From NCBI GenBank assembly GCA_000091205.1, contig AP006490.2: DNA of 64,000 bases. One strand, 5' to 3'. Under the pieces are notes generated by a model, which did no database searches, was not told the origin of the DNA, and was given only the letters and a program-made list of their open reading frames with translations. Shown here in pieces: positions 31,985 through 44,100 of the stretch (its first letter is position 1; the number at the start of each line of letters is the position of its first letter). This DNA comes from Cyanidioschyzon merolae (taxonomy: Eukaryota). Position numbers and translations under genes: made by a program.

Positions 31985-34712
31985 ACGCGTCTTCCTGGGA
32001 GAGTAGGCGCTGAAGAACGTGTTCGACGGTTTCCTGGATGTATGCAAAAGATGCATGCACATATTTCCCCCAGAAAGGAAAGGTTTTCCAGCGCGTCGCC
32101 GGGAAACCCGGACTCCCTATGCCCTGCAGTATACGCGTGATCTGCAGGGCGGTGCACGGAATGCGCGGTGGTGTGCATAGGTCCTGTTCCGCGTGCATTT
32201 CCTGTCCACTTCGATATAGCGAATGCAGTAGGGCGCGAATGTCGGCCATCAAGAGTGCGTGGTCGTTGGCCAGACCGGTATGCGCAGACACTGGAGTACG
32301 AGGCGATGAGATGGCAACGCAGGCAGGCGGCAGCTGCCCAGTGCGAAAGTAGTGATCCACCCATTCGCGAAAATGCGCTTCTATCTGGCTAGAACAAGCC
32401 TCAGTTCGTCCAAGTTGCAGCACGGCGCGCGCTAGAAGTTCCATCTGTTCGAGACGTTCGAGGAACGCGCGCTGGTGCGCGAGGCGCTCCGCCACCAGCG
32501 CATCCGTCCAGGCTCGGACTTGCGTGGCAAGCGGCGGCGGCGGCGGCTGACCAGAATGACATACCACGAGACATTCGCCAATTGTTTGCATCGTGATGAT
32601 GCCTTGGTACTGTAGACGGCTGCAGCGGTCGAGCACCTCAAAGGGCGACATAGAGAGCGCCTGTGAGACAGCGTCGAGACGAACGTTACAGATGCTCGGG
32701 TGGCGCAAGCGATGCGGAGCCTCGGCTGCGGAAAGGCGCACCAGCTCCTGGCAGAAGCTCCGAATATCCTCTGGCAAACAGGATACAGCTTGATGCAATG
32801 TGATGCGTAGCGTTGTGGGCACGCGTTGGCGTGCTCTCCACGGCGCTGCGCCTACCGTGGAAAGCGCCTCCCCGGCAATGACAGTGAATCGAATGATGAG
32901 TTGTTCCAGGATCGTTGCTGGAATGTCCAAGGTATTCTGTAGTGTAGCGAGGTCGAGGAGCGTAAAGCGCTCCGCAGCGCCTTCATTGCCAGGATGAGAG
33001 GATTCCGAGGTAACAACGACGCTCGCAACGAGACTGCGTACAAGTTTGCGAATCAGGGCCGGCTCTACCTGCTCGGCGAGAGCGAGCGCGCGCAAACGCT
33101 CTGTATCGGCTGCATCGTAGAACAGGTGACTGAAGGCGCTCGAGCGGTCTTTGCCAGCACAACTTGTCTGCTGCAAAAGGTCCTCGATGCTGTTCGGAAT
33201 GCTCCAGTGGACTGTGCAGCAAGCGGCGGGTGCGAGCGTTCGCAATGCGGACGAGCTGGTGGCAACAACCACGCGACAATGATGCTGGCGAAATGCTTCT
33301 TCAACTTTGCGGCGCTGTTCGGGGTTGAGTCCCGCGTGATAGCTGCGGGCGTCTATCAAGTGGTTTTGGAGCCAGGCTGCAAGTGCATCTGCATCGCGCT
33401 GTCGCGAAACGTAGATGAGCACAGGACCTGTCCACTGTTCGTCTTTGCTGAGCATTCGAACGAGCGTGCGGTATCGATCAACGGGTGTCGAAAAGCTAAA
33501 GTGCAGCTTCGAAGGCACCAAGTCGCTCTTTGGAGGTAGCGCCTCAACCAATGCTCCGGATACGACGGTGGCAAGGCAGGCTCGTACTGCTGGTGTTGGC
33601 GTTGCGGTCTGTGCGAGCAGGACGCATCCAGTATCGGCGGCGAGATGTTGTTTCAGCAGCGGTTGGATCTGCCAATAGGACGGCCTGAACATGGCGCTCC
33701 ACGGGAGCAGCAGGTGCGCTTCGTCAAGCACGACCGCGCTCGGATGCAGATGCTCAACAAACGACTGCACCTGGGGCTGGCAGAGGCGTTCCGGCGTGCA
33801 GAAGAGCACTTTGTACGCACCTATTTGCGTTGCCTCTAGAGACTGGAAGCCGCATGCGGTCTTGAAGCCATTGTTGGTGATCTCAGCGGCAGGCAACTGG
33901 GACGGCAAGTTTTCGAGTGCCTCGCGGATAAGTGATCGAAAGGGCTCGCACACCAGAACAGTTCCGCTGGTGAGCGCAGCGTAGAGCTCGTAAATCATGG
34001 ACCTACGGCTTCCAGGCCGTATACCCAAGAGTACGGACTCGCCGCGGAGCAGGTGTTGCAGAGCCTCGGACTGCTCGCTCCGCAGCTCGAGTCCAGGCAT
34101 GAGCTCTGGGACCGGACTCCGAAAATCGGAAGATTCAGAGACTTGATAGAGGGCTGGTGCGCGCTCGCACTGTCGCAGCATCGATATATCACATGAAGGC
34201 TGCGGGGCGGACTCGAGTAACCAGCTGGTTGCCGCTTGACACTGGAGTCGATGGACGTGTTCCCATAGAAAGAACGAGCAGCGAGGACGCTGCCCACAAA
34301 CGTAGTACGCTCGTTGGATCCGGCCGCCGTAGCCCCGCGAGACACGCCGTATGCACGGTTGGTTATGTTCGCGGCAAACCGGTGGATCCAATGGAACTTG
34401 TTGTCCATCGGGTTGCCAGGGACAATCGGCGACATCCTCCGCAGTGAGTGTGGCCCGTTCTGGATCCGCAAGCGAGTCATCAACGCATGTAGCTTGCCGA
34501 AGCGGGTGACTCCACCTGGAGCGGCCCGCCCACAAGCCAGTTCGATGCTCACCGCGACGACGTCGCTGTGCGAAACCGGCTCGAGCATCATTCGGTCGCG
34601 CCAAAGCTCGCTTTCTCTTCTTCTTCGTTTGGAATCGACCGAAAGTCGGGGGCGGTGCTGTCACTCGGACCGCTGGAGTGGTGACGACTTGAGGGCCCGG
34701 CGCCGGCTCCAT
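31947..34712 (-). CDS. RecQ-family DNA helicase homologue with N-terminal GRF-type zinc finger; motif I (Walker A) non-canonical
   Basis: ATG codon 34710-34712. zf-GRF-like CREHNQPCIRRVSRGYGGRIQRAYYVCGQRPRCSFFLWEH; helicase motifs II VLDEAHLL, III LLAQTATPT, YHAGL and VVVATSSS. Motif I reads GIRPGSRRSMIYEL, i.e. RPGSRRS where RecQ has TGGGKS. The 3' end overlaps the proteasome gene stop by about 35 nt (convergent). Confidence 0.7.
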   Translation of the reverse strand: MEPAPGPQVVTTPAVRVTAPPPTFGRFQTKKKRKRALARPNDARAGFAQRRRRGEHRTGLWAGRSRWSHPLRQATCVDDSLADPERATLTAEDVADCPWQPDGQQVPLDPPVCREHNQPCIRRVSRGYGGRIQRAYYVCGQRPRCSFFLWEHVHRLQCQAATSWLLESAPQPSCDISMLRQCERAPALYQVSESSDFRSPVPELMPGLELRSEQSEALQHLLRGESVLLGIRPGSRRSMIYELYAALTSGTVLVCEPFRSLIREALENLPSQLPAAEITNNGFKTACGFQSLEATQIGAYKVLFCTPERLCQPQVQSFVEHLHPSAVVLDEAHLLLPWSAMFRPSYWQIQPLLKQHLAADTGCVLLAQTATPTPAVRACLATVVSGALVEALPPKSDLVPSKLHFSFSTPVDRYRTLVRMLSKDEQWTGPVLIYVSRQRDADALAAWLQNHLIDARSYHAGLNPEQRRKVEEAFRQHHCRVVVATSSSALRTLAPAACCTVHWSIPNSIEDLLQQTSCAGKDRSSAFSHLFYDAADTERLRALALAEQVEPALIRKLVRSLVASVVVTSESSHPGNEGAAERFTLLDLATLQNTLDIPATILEQLIIRFTVIAGEALSTVGAAPWRARQRVPTTLRITLHQAVSCLPEDIRSFCQELVRLSAAEAPHRLRHPSICNVRLDAVSQALSMSPFEVLDRCSRLQYQGIITMQTIGECLVVCHSGQPPPPPLATQVRAWTDALVAERLAHQRAFLERLEQMELLARAVLQLGRTEACSSQIEAHFREWVDHYFRTGQLPPACVAISSPRTPVSAHTGLANDHALLMADIRALLHSLYRSGQEMHAEQDLCTPPRIPCTALQITRILQGIGSPGFPATRWKTFPFWGKYVHASFAYIQETVEHVLQRLLSQEDAFTPANRAEADPP

Positions 34713-36868
34713 GCGCGATCAGGTGCGAGGAGCCAGGCTCTATTGCTGGAAGTGGCGCTCGTGCGTTGTCAGCACGCCCTCGATCTGGAAATGCGATTTC
34801 GAAAGTGTGTCCGAAGCCTTTTGCACTTGCCAAGCTCGTGGACGAACGAAGGTCAACAGGAGGAGAGAATCCCCAGTCTCTGTGTTCTGACGGATCAGAG
34901 CGGACACGTTCCACTATTCTCTTGACTCTGGATTGATACAGTGGCCTCGAGCAAATCCTGTTTTCAAGGCCACTCAGCGCCGCATGCGGCAGTCTGGCAC
35001 AGAGCAGCCAAACGGGCACGCGTCGCCGTCACCGCAGCAGTAACGGGAACTTTGGTCACGAGTTTCCCCCGGAGACTGGAAACAGCCTCGAACCCGTGTT
35101 TGTTTGGTGAGCGGTAAGCACCAGAGAAATAAGACGCGCGCAGCAGTCCGCCCCGTGTCCGTAGCTGCTCTGTTTGACGCGCGTCACAGGGACTCGGAGC
35201 GCTCTACCGACCACAGCTAGCGACCAACGAGCAGCGAGGCTCCTCGCTGGCCGCAGCGAACAGTTGCCTAAAGCGATGCGTTATCGGTGCGTGCAGGCGC
35301 CGAGATGAAGAGCGCTCCAGCCCCAACGAAGTCACGCGCGGAACCAACAGGCCGTGTAAAGAAGTCGCTCAACACACACACACACGTTCTTGGTCTACGA
35401 CGGCCAGTTTCTTGCCCTATTGATTCCTTAAGCGTTCTCCAGGCGTTTCCCGATAACCCAAGACTAGTGGCAAACTATACACTACTGGGCCCGAAACCGA
35501 GTTCGAGAGTCATGCAACCGTCTGACCGAATCGCGAGCTTCGGCAACGCCGGGTGTCGCGAAGACTTGTGGACAAAGCGGGGGATGTGCTGATTCCTAAT
35601 TGAGGGTGTTTTTGGCGCCAATTTTCATGAGGCGCCTTGGGAGCGCTCCCGAGATGTGCGCTCCTTCTTTCGGATTGCATCTTTCCTGCTCTACAAGACG
35701 TTTCCATGGACCATGGATCCCAGACTGCTCACTTGGTAGCAGCATTTGGAGAAGCATCCTTCATTCTGCACGCTAGCTTCAAGTTCTATTCCTTGAAGTC
35801 CCAGTCGAAGATACCGGACGTTCCTCACGTTCAACAGTCGTGCGCAACGTGCCAGCCACGGGCGTTCGCCATAGCGCCTGTGGCGCCACTGCGTTCATAG
35901 GACGGAGACAGAACGGCATTGTAGTACCACTGGGGGCGTCGGCTCGAGGTTCGGATTCCTATCGCATTAGATTCGCAGAAATCTCGGCGATGCTGTGCTA
36001 ATCCGTGAGCGATCACGCGGCTGTGCTGCTCGCACGTCGCGCGATATGCGTGATCTTGGATAGCGCGCTCCAGTGGTGCACTGCAACGTCATGCTCTGCC
36101 GAACAGAGACTTTGTGTTCAGTCGTCTCAAATCAGAGCATTCTACGGCATACGAACACGAGTATCGGTTGCGGTGCTATACAGAACCTATGACCGTCTTT
36201 GGACCAGGTGCGACTGCTGTGGAAAACAAGCGCCTCTTGGATGGAGTTTCGCAACACTCCCAATAGTGCGGTGGACTCGAAGCATCCGTTCGAACGGCAG
36301 GGTTGCATCTGGAGCGACCTTCGATCGAAGTCATGTTCCACGCGTATCTGCGTGCTCGGCTCCGGTTTGGTGCCTCTGTTCCGTGCAGAGGCACCTGAAG
36401 CGATTGGGACGCGAGACTCGGTGCGCGACCAACGTATGTGCCACGGGCGAACAGCCGCGACTTTGTTTCTGGAATGTTTAGCAGGATCCGGTATGCGATA
36501 CAGAGAAAACGAAAGCCTCCTTGATGATGTATTGGCGACGCTTTGAGGCGTAACGCGGATCTACGAACTGGTGCGCACCAGCAACCCCATTCTAGAGCAG
36601 TCGCTTTGCCTTGATCGCTGACATGAGCTCAGAGCCATGCATCTGCGGCATGGGAACCAACGATCATGCTCCTTAGAAAATTATCTTGCTTGTGGTTTGG
36701 ATAGCGGCCTCAGCATATTTCCATAAAAGTTCCCAGAAGGCCCAGCGCGTGCTCCTACGGGTTTTTCGCTGCCGATGCGATTCGGCCGCCACGTCGCACG
36801 TTGGGTTGCATCCCGTCGCGCGAGGCTTCCGAGCCTCCTGCAAAAGAAACTATTGCAGGAGCTAGATA

Positions 36869-37945
36869 TACTCAGTAGTATCGAAGCATGGAACACCGCA
36901 ATGTTTGACCATTTGCCCAGAAAAATCGTTGTCTATGGAGGTGTGTATGGCGCTCCAGCCTTGATGCGTTGCAGACCCGTACCACACCAGTGCGTTTTCC
37001 TCCTCGCTACTGATTGTTTTCATCGAAAGTGTGCGGCTTTTCAGCGCAATGTCTACGGTGACTAGAAAGCGATTCCGTCGGATATTCGCGGCGTGCGAAG
37101 CCGCCGGACGCTGCGGCAGCAAGAGACATTTCCCGATCTCGGACGAGTCGCTCAAGTCTCTATTCGGAACTCGCCTGCAAGCGCTGGTGCTGGTGGAGTC
37201 ATGCCCTAGCAAGCCTCTGAGTTTCGATTGCCTCGCCATCTGGCGTGCAGTCAACTTGCCCTACACCGTCTCGTGTGTCCGGGTGTGTTTCACGCTCTGC
37301 GACTCTGCTAGGCTCACGGAGCGCTCTTGCTTGTGATGCGTTGATCTAGTGCGGGACGCATCGACGGGCGTCGTGCAGCATCGATTGCTGAACGCGTTGT
37401 ACGCTGGCGTCGAATGAGCGGGAGTGCACCCTCTGGGAGCTGCGGTGCGTCGATTGCCGCAGACTACCACGAGACGAGGCGACGCATCGGTCATGACCTG
37501 GTCCAGTGGCTCGAGCGAGCAGGCGAAAGCACGTGTCGTGCATCCGTACAACCGAGACGATTGGCAATGCCGTCGCTGCCTCATGTACGCCAGCCAGGGA
37601 TTGTCAATGGCAGCTATATCGACTCTCTTGTGATCTCTGCGTGAAAGACGCATACGAAGCGTTCCAGCGTGTTTGCTACGGTGCTTCGAGCATCAGGATA
37701 GGTTCTGAGGCTGTCACTACGTTTCATCGTATGCCTGCTTGCAACCATCATACCCGAATGCGGATCACACCGAGCGGTGGAAAATTCTGAACAGCATCCT
37801 TTGCTTTCCGTACAAGTGTTTGGCGGCGGCTTATTGATTTAAGGGTTCAGCGACGGTCATGATGTTCTTAAACCTGGGATACACGCGCAGCACCAAAGCT
37901 CTTTCAGCATCTACCATCATCGGTTGAAAATGAGTCCCGATGCTG
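36869..37945 (+). repeat. dispersed repeat family R1, copy 2 (full length, about 1.08 kb)
   Basis: Same 5' end as copies 1 and 3; shares an extra roughly 165 bp 3' segment with copy 3 (...ggaaaattctgaacagcatcctttgc...catcatcggttgaaaatga). No recognisable protein in any frame. Confidence 0.85.
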
Positions 37946-39505
37946 GGCTCAGGCCAAAGCATCACGAGCTTCTTGCACTTCATACAGATTGTGATTCCGT
38001 AGGTCTCCCACTGCACTCTAACCTGCTCTCGAGTTCCTCGCTGGAAACCAGAAGTCTCGAACGGGCTCAACCAATGCTCATTGCGAGGCTTTTCGGATGC
38101 ATCTTACATCTTCGCAGAGACCAACGCCTTAAGAGCCATCTCTTTTACGCGAAGAGCTGGCATGGACGCCGCCCCTATACTCCGTATCCGTGTTTCCTCT
38201 GGATTCAGACGCACTGGGTGAATCGTGAGGCAAAAGCTCGAATTTCCTATCTGACCATTTTCTTCAATGCATCAACCTTTCGTCAAAGGCCAGGTTCATG
38301 GACCGAATCGCGCCTTTCCCGCTAACTACCGCACACGAGAAGACAAACATCCGAGCAGCTCAGGCCTGGTGATATCTCCAAAGAACGATCTGTCGAAGAA
38401 CAATGTCCCGAATGCGAACGACTCGCCAATGGATCGGTGAGCGTCAGAATAGCGGTTGACAAGCATGAAGACAACATTCACTGGACGGAATGAGGGAAAC
38501 CGGCTGGCTCGAAGAGCACATCAGCGCCAGTCCCCGTCGCATATTCCTCGACTTCTGTTGCGTGATGGATATTGGCCTTGTCCTAAAGCGCTACGGAACA
38601 ATCCAGCAAGCAGGTGCAGCGAACTGCTCCGACGAAGGACTCGCATGTTCAGCGATTCTGTCCGTTTGGCGACTGGTAGACGACCCAACGAGAGAGCATT
38701 GCCACCAAGGCTGATGCTCCCGGAATGCTCGCGTGTCTCTTCTTGACGTACAGCGGGTTACCTGTCTTTGAGCACCCATCTACCGGTCTACAGTTTCCTA
38801 GAAATAATGCCTCATTGAATGGGATGAGCACCCATTCCTCTCGTGATGAACGTTCGTATTTCCATCCGAAATTGGCAGGGTGTCGTGCAACGCGCGGCGG
38901 TCGCTCATAAAAGTGTGCGTGTTCCTTCGTGTACCAATGTTGCTTCTTCACCGTTCGCGTCTGCAGCACGAAAACTGGACATACTGTCTCTTATTGGTCG
39001 CGTCTCCGATACAACTTGAACGGTATGGATAGACGAGGAGAGAATCTTGCAAATCGAGGGTCATGCATACTGTCTGAGATGCACGATGTTCAGGATACGG
39101 GCCTCGAGGGAGGTCGTTCGTCTTCCTGGTGCATGTGGAATGTCTGACTGACTGACTTGTACAAATAAGACCGCTTTCTTTGTAGACGAGCAATGACCAC
39201 AGCATGCCGCTCCTCGACCCGTCTCCAGTTCCCATTACACAATTCTGATTTTGAATACCTGCGAGGAAAACAAAGAAAAATTAAAAGTACTTATTGGTAA
39301 AGGTGCGCAACAACGCACTGCCCAAGAGATAACGTCGCGCAACGGCCAACGGACTGGACTTGGGTTCCTCAAACAACCTGACCTTGGATACGGGGAGCCG
39401 ACTCGGCGTTTCGCGAGCCTGACGCCCGGTCCCAGCCGTGCGGTAGCGAACGTGTGTTCCGGGGGAGGCCCCTGTTCGCCGTGGGTGTCGTCGTCGACGG
39501 ACACC

Positions 39506-41149
39506 ATGCCGTCGGTGGACACCAGCTCGGACGCTGACGGAAAGTCAACGCCTATTCAGGTCGCACGTGGCCTTTATAACTTTCTGCGAGTGGTTGGCGG
39601 GACGAATTACGAGCGGTCGGCGCTGGTAACAGATTTAAGTATTGGACTTGCGCTTCTGATCCAACGCAAAGAACGGGAACGAGAGCAAGAGCGAGAATCG
39701 TGGTTGGCAAGTCTCGAGAGAGAGCAAGTGCAGCTCGAGGCAGCGGAACTCAAGCGACTGCACCACTTTGCCCGACTAGCGCACGGTGCCTACAGCGCCA
39801 ACGACGAGGAGCTCTTCAAGCATACACCGGTGTACGCGAAGACGCTCTTGAAAGCGCGGTGGTCCAGCAGTCAAGAAGAGCCAGCCTATTACATTGCAAT
39901 CGACGAAGCCTTCCGTTCGATCGTGCTAGCTATCCGCGGAACCGATACGTTCTCTGATGTCTTCACGGATTTGAGTTTACATCCAACGCCGTTCCTGGGG
40001 GGCACTGCGCACGCTGGAATGACCCGTGCTGCTCTGCGACTCTACGATGAGGTCAGGGAAATGTTGCGGACAGCGCGCACAAACTATCCAGAGTACGACC
40101 TGGTTTTTACGGGGCATTCGCTAGGTGGAGGCGTTGCCTCTATCCTCACGATGAAACTCTTATGGGAAGACGATCCGCTGCTCCGCCTCTTCGAACAGCA
40201 CAACCGACCGAAGCTTCTTGCATATTCATACGGAACGCCTGCCTGTGTATCCCTCGAACTGGCGAGGAAAATTCAGGGGAGTCCTCCCGACCTGCGAGAC
40301 GCATTGACCACCGTGGTGCTCGGAGACGATCTCGTTCCACGGGCATCCGCCGCGAGTATGGATCGTATCGTGCGGGAGCTTGCTGCATTTAACTGGCGAG
40401 AACAGATCGCGAACGAGTTTAGCGAATATGTGAATACGAGCAGCCTTGCGCGCTGGTCACAGCATGTTATCCGTTGGTCTATCCCGCGGGACCAGGTGCA
40501 GCGCTTTGTCACTGAGATCGGGCAACGGCTGAGCAAAGCATCCTCGTCGATCAAAGGTGCGCGCCTCGGAAATACGTTTGGCCTTGTAGCAGCGGTAGCC
40601 GGCAGTGCCTCTGGCTGGATGAACTGGTATGGGAACCTTTTCCAGAAAGAGCAGCCGCAGGAGCGAGAAGCAGTGAATAGGGCTGAACCTCGACTTGCCG
40701 AACCGGTAGCGCTTCCGCAGTTCTACCCGCCAGGCGGTTGCATCTGGCACCTCCATGAGGTGTCACTGCGAGCGGGGGATCAGCGAGGGCTCCCTGAAGG
40801 CGCCGCCTCAGAACATGGAAGGGTGCGCCAACAGCTCGTCCAAGACATCTCGAATATTAGTCGTGAGGTATGGAACGAATTGCCGACGCTCAAGCAGCCC
40901 AACGAGTCTCCCGAGGCTCCCGGCAACGACTGGGATCGCTCCAATGCGCCCGAGGATGCTGCTGAGAGCATTGGTGCGGAGCCTCAGCGTCTACTGCTTC
41001 TCCGAACATCACCAGACGCTTTTCATGACATCGTGCTCAGCCGTCGCTGCTTCAATGATCATCTCATGCGCAATATTCGGCGCGCACTGGCAAGACTCTA
41101 TGAACAGCAGTACAGGCAGCCACGGCTCGGCGAGCATGGATCCAGTTAA
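39506..41149 (+). CDS. class 3 (fungal-type) lipase / alpha-beta hydrolase, possibly DAG-lipase-like
   Basis: ORF 39251..41149 (TTG; first ATG 39506). Lipase_3 motifs: IAIRGTDTFSDVFTDL and the nucleophile elbow FTGHSLGGGVASILTMKL. Confidence 0.7.
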   Translation: MPSVDTSSDADGKSTPIQVARGLYNFLRVVGGTNYERSALVTDLSIGLALLIQRKEREREQERESWLASLEREQVQLEAAELKRLHHFARLAHGAYSANDEELFKHTPVYAKTLLKARWSSSQEEPAYYIAIDEAFRSIVLAIRGTDTFSDVFTDLSLHPTPFLGGTAHAGMTRAALRLYDEVREMLRTARTNYPEYDLVFTGHSLGGGVASILTMKLLWEDDPLLRLFEQHNRPKLLAYSYGTPACVSLELARKIQGSPPDLRDALTTVVLGDDLVPRASAASMDRIVRELAAFNWREQIANEFSEYVNTSSLARWSQHVIRWSIPRDQVQRFVTEIGQRLSKASSSIKGARLGNTFGLVAAVAGSASGWMNWYGNLFQKEQPQEREAVNRAEPRLAEPVALPQFYPPGGCIWHLHEVSLRAGDQRGLPEGAASEHGRVRQQLVQDISNISREVWNELPTLKQPNESPEAPGNDWDRSNAPEDAAESIGAEPQRLLLLRTSPDAFHDIVLSRRCFNDHLMRNIRRALARLYEQQYRQPRLGEHGSS

Positions 41150-41737
41150 AACGAGGGTCTGTGCAGAGCCGCATCGCGACGCGGAAAAAACTGTATTCTA
41201 AGAGAATTGGCACCTGGAAAGGTGCGGTGTCAACGTATGAACCGGATGAGCAGAGTTCCCGTGGCGCCAAGGGTGCTCGGGTTCAAGTCAGGATCAGCGT
41301 GGATATCGTCTGTTTTCTGGATGGAAACTCTGGATTCGGTCTCGCAGAACATCGATGCATCCGCGGCGGAAGAGAGGCATCGTTGCTGGTCACCGGCAGC
41401 AGTCCTGGGTCCGCGGCAGTCTGGTGCGAGCCGTTTGATCCTGCAGCATAAAAATCGAAGCAGATATAGCTGCGCGCTGTGAAAGGTCTTTCCGCATAGG
41501 CAACGGGTTCGAGTCCACGCGAGGAAACGCAAGCGCTGACATCGTCCAGCGGCAACGCCCTCAAAGCACGTCTTGACAAAACGGCTCGCAAAATGGCCCA
41601 CTTTATTCGGCGGACGATCGCTGCGACACAGCTCCGCACGCTTCCGCATGCAACTCCAAAGGCGCTGCACAGTTCCAGCTCTTCAAACGCAAAGCCGCTG
41701 GATGCCTTTCATTTGACCCGCACGGGCGGTCGAACAA

Positions 41738-42709
41738 CTACGGACATGCCTCAGCGAAGAGCTGCATCTCAAACTGCATCGCCGGTGCATACGCTATTTC
41801 ATTCAACTGCTGAACCAAACGCTCTAACGTTTCAGAGGTCGCACTGCACCATTGCTCCGCGTACAAGTCAAGGAGAAGCTCAAAGCTTTCCGCCAATTCT
41901 TGAAATTTTGGGCTGGAATACGTGGCCACCCATGTTGCGCGGGCGCTCTTCCTAGGGTCATGGTCATCTGCGGCCTGTATATGGACCGACAGCTTTCTCC
42001 CAATGAACGCATAGAGCGACATGCACGGTACCATAGCGGCTACGAGCAGCAAGCGTGCTCGTCGCCAGGATGCTTCCACTGGAGCGATTCCGCCTTGCTC
42101 CTCATGGAATGCACCACTAGCGTGTATGAGCTCCTCTAAAAGTCCACGACTGTGACGCATGAGGAGTCGAAGATATCCCTGGCAGACTTTATGCAGTGCA
42201 GGGGCGCTGTTCTGCCTATTTGTCGACGAGACTGAGCGCGTCGCAGTCGCAGTCGGAGCCGCAGCCGCAGCCACCAGCTGCTGTGCCCCGTGTTTGGCGG
42301 CGACCTGTTCTTGGGCAGAAACGCTTCCACGCTCGGCGGCTATGGCGTGGCTTAACTCGGCGAGCACCTGGTGCTCCCAGCCTGTTTCGGCGGTGAAGCA
42401 GAGCAGACCCAGGCACCGCCAGTAGCCTGCTAGGAACTCAGTGTCAACGGAGAGGAAGCTAGCCAAGTTCGATTCCGATAAAGTACCTTGGGCCAATTCG
42501 CGAAGCCACGACGTCTGGAGTGCTTGCTCGATTACCGCAGAGTTTGACTGCCACAAAAGCTCGCTAGCGCAGGTCATAAAAAGCCTCTGGAATAGCAGGC
42601 AGCGAGGCGCGTTTCTTCCGGTTCGAGACGCTCCGACAAGGCCTTTCGAGAGCAAGAGAGGTTTAGACGGTTTTTGCTCGTGCGACGTGACGTTAGATAC
42701 ACGTTGCAT
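41738..42709 (-). CDS. TenA/THI-4 family protein (thiaminase II / aminopyrimidine aminohydrolase-like, haem-oxygenase-like fold)
   Basis: ORF 41738..42724 (GTG; first ATG codon 42707-42709). MVPCMSLYAFIGRKL aligns to the TenA LLPCYWLYYEVG block including the catalytic Cys; WVATYSSPKFQELAESF aligns to WIGTYGGDWFRQQVEE; the C-terminal AMQFEMQLFAEA aligns to the YEYQFW block. Confidence 0.55.
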   Translation of the reverse strand: MQRVSNVTSHEQKPSKPLLLSKGLVGASRTGRNAPRCLLFQRLFMTCASELLWQSNSAVIEQALQTSWLRELAQGTLSESNLASFLSVDTEFLAGYWRCLGLLCFTAETGWEHQVLAELSHAIAAERGSVSAQEQVAAKHGAQQLVAAAAAPTATATRSVSSTNRQNSAPALHKVCQGYLRLLMRHSRGLLEELIHASGAFHEEQGGIAPVEASWRRARLLLVAAMVPCMSLYAFIGRKLSVHIQAADDHDPRKSARATWVATYSSPKFQELAESFELLLDLYAEQWCSATSETLERLVQQLNEIAYAPAMQFEMQLFAEACP

Positions 42710-43194
42710 GCAAGCTGTGGTCACCGTTCACGCCGACTGAATACCGCAACCCCATGCTTCAGTTGCGCTTCCCCGGTTCAAGTGTTAAGGTCGATAGGCC
42801 GTGGAGTGGTTGCGTTTTTATTGGCTCGGAATCTCCGCTGCAAGCAAGCTATTCAACTATTTGGCGCTGCGTCTGGTGTTTTTCTTGAAATGCCCAGTCT
42901 CGTACTCTACCCGTATGAGAATAAAACGGAACTGGTCCAGTAAGCAGAGTTGGGCATACGCTCGAGATTTTGAATGTGTGCCCGGCATGTTCAAAACAAG
43001 TCCATGCGGGATATTCTCTGACTGCATTCGTTACCCCGCTCGTCTCACAAGCTGTGCATACGTCGGTCTCTCATGTGCTTCCAGCTCCGTCGTCGTTATT
43101 GGAGTAAATCTGATGGCAGCGTTTTAGTTCGGACGTCGCTGCATCCGACTGTAGTCTATGCATTACACGCGCCAGCGGGCGTTGCGATCCACGC

Positions 43195-44100
43195 CTCATT
43201 TGCCATGCTCAGCTTCTTTATAGACAGTCCCGATGCAGTCGCCAAAGCGGTGACACTTGATTATGGTTAGCTGCGCTCACATGCTCACCATACAAGCCGT
43301 CTCTCAGCGAGCGGCCTCTGTGGCGCCTGAACGCTTACTCCATCACGCGGTAGATGTCGGTTTCTGGGTCAGAAGGCCCGCCTCGATGCTCGAATCTGTT
43401 TTTCGCTGCCAATGGCTTGCCCTCCGTCACGGGCTTCTTCGTTGCGATCCACTCGGCGAGTACTCTGTCCGTTGCACGCTCGTACACACACTGTCCTACT
43501 CGATAGAGGATTTCCAGGACATGGTGCTGTCGATGATGAAATAAGTATCGAGTGGAAAATCCAGACTGGAGAACAAGTAGAGAAATCCTGATGCGTGTGC
43601 GCTCCCTTCGTGCAACGCAATGGTGCACGCTGCACTAGAAGCAATTGCTTCGACGAATTGAACCAAAGTCCAAGGCCTTTTCCCATGCAAGCTGAAGAGA
43701 CGGGAGCTTCTGCTTGCGTGTCGCGTGCCAGGCACCATGTTGCTGTCGAATGCCGTTTCCTAGAAAGTTCCAGTGAGAGAGAGGGGCGTGTTGGTATTTC
43801 CCACGGAATCGATTCCTCTAGTTGATAGCTTCAGCATACTTGTGGGATGCGCTTATGGACAAGTCGTCAAGGAATTACATCAAGTTTTGTTGCTCGTCGT
43901 ACCAGCAGCACGAATCGCCGCGCCGTCGACTTGCCCCGACACAGCAACATCAAAAACTTGAAGAATATGCGATTTGAGCGTCCCATACCCAAGGAAACGA
44001 GAAACGTGGAGGCTTGTACATATTCGTTGGACCACGATATCGACTACAATATGAATACTGGTTCGAGGGCATCCCCAATTATCTTGATTTCGGTGGCGTC
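43195..44100. repeat. dispersed repeat family R2, diverged copy B
   Basis: See copy A. 43195-43330 also aligns with the sequence just outside the left inverted-repeat arm (tcatttgcca...cagcggtgacacttg...). Boundaries approximate. Confidence 0.6.

Noticed and set aside
36005-36546. 158-aa and 115-aa ORFs in the 34.7-36.8-kb gene desert
   Set aside because: No homology, Cys/Arg-rich composition, and overlapping alternative frames of similar length; treated as non-coding.
41505-41516. GGTTCGAGTCC T-loop-like string in the lipase/TenA intergenic region
   Set aside because: Only 2 of 5 T-stem pairs can form and no upstream cloverleaf is evident. I could not identify any tRNA gene by eye in the window; a tRNAscan run would be needed to be sure.
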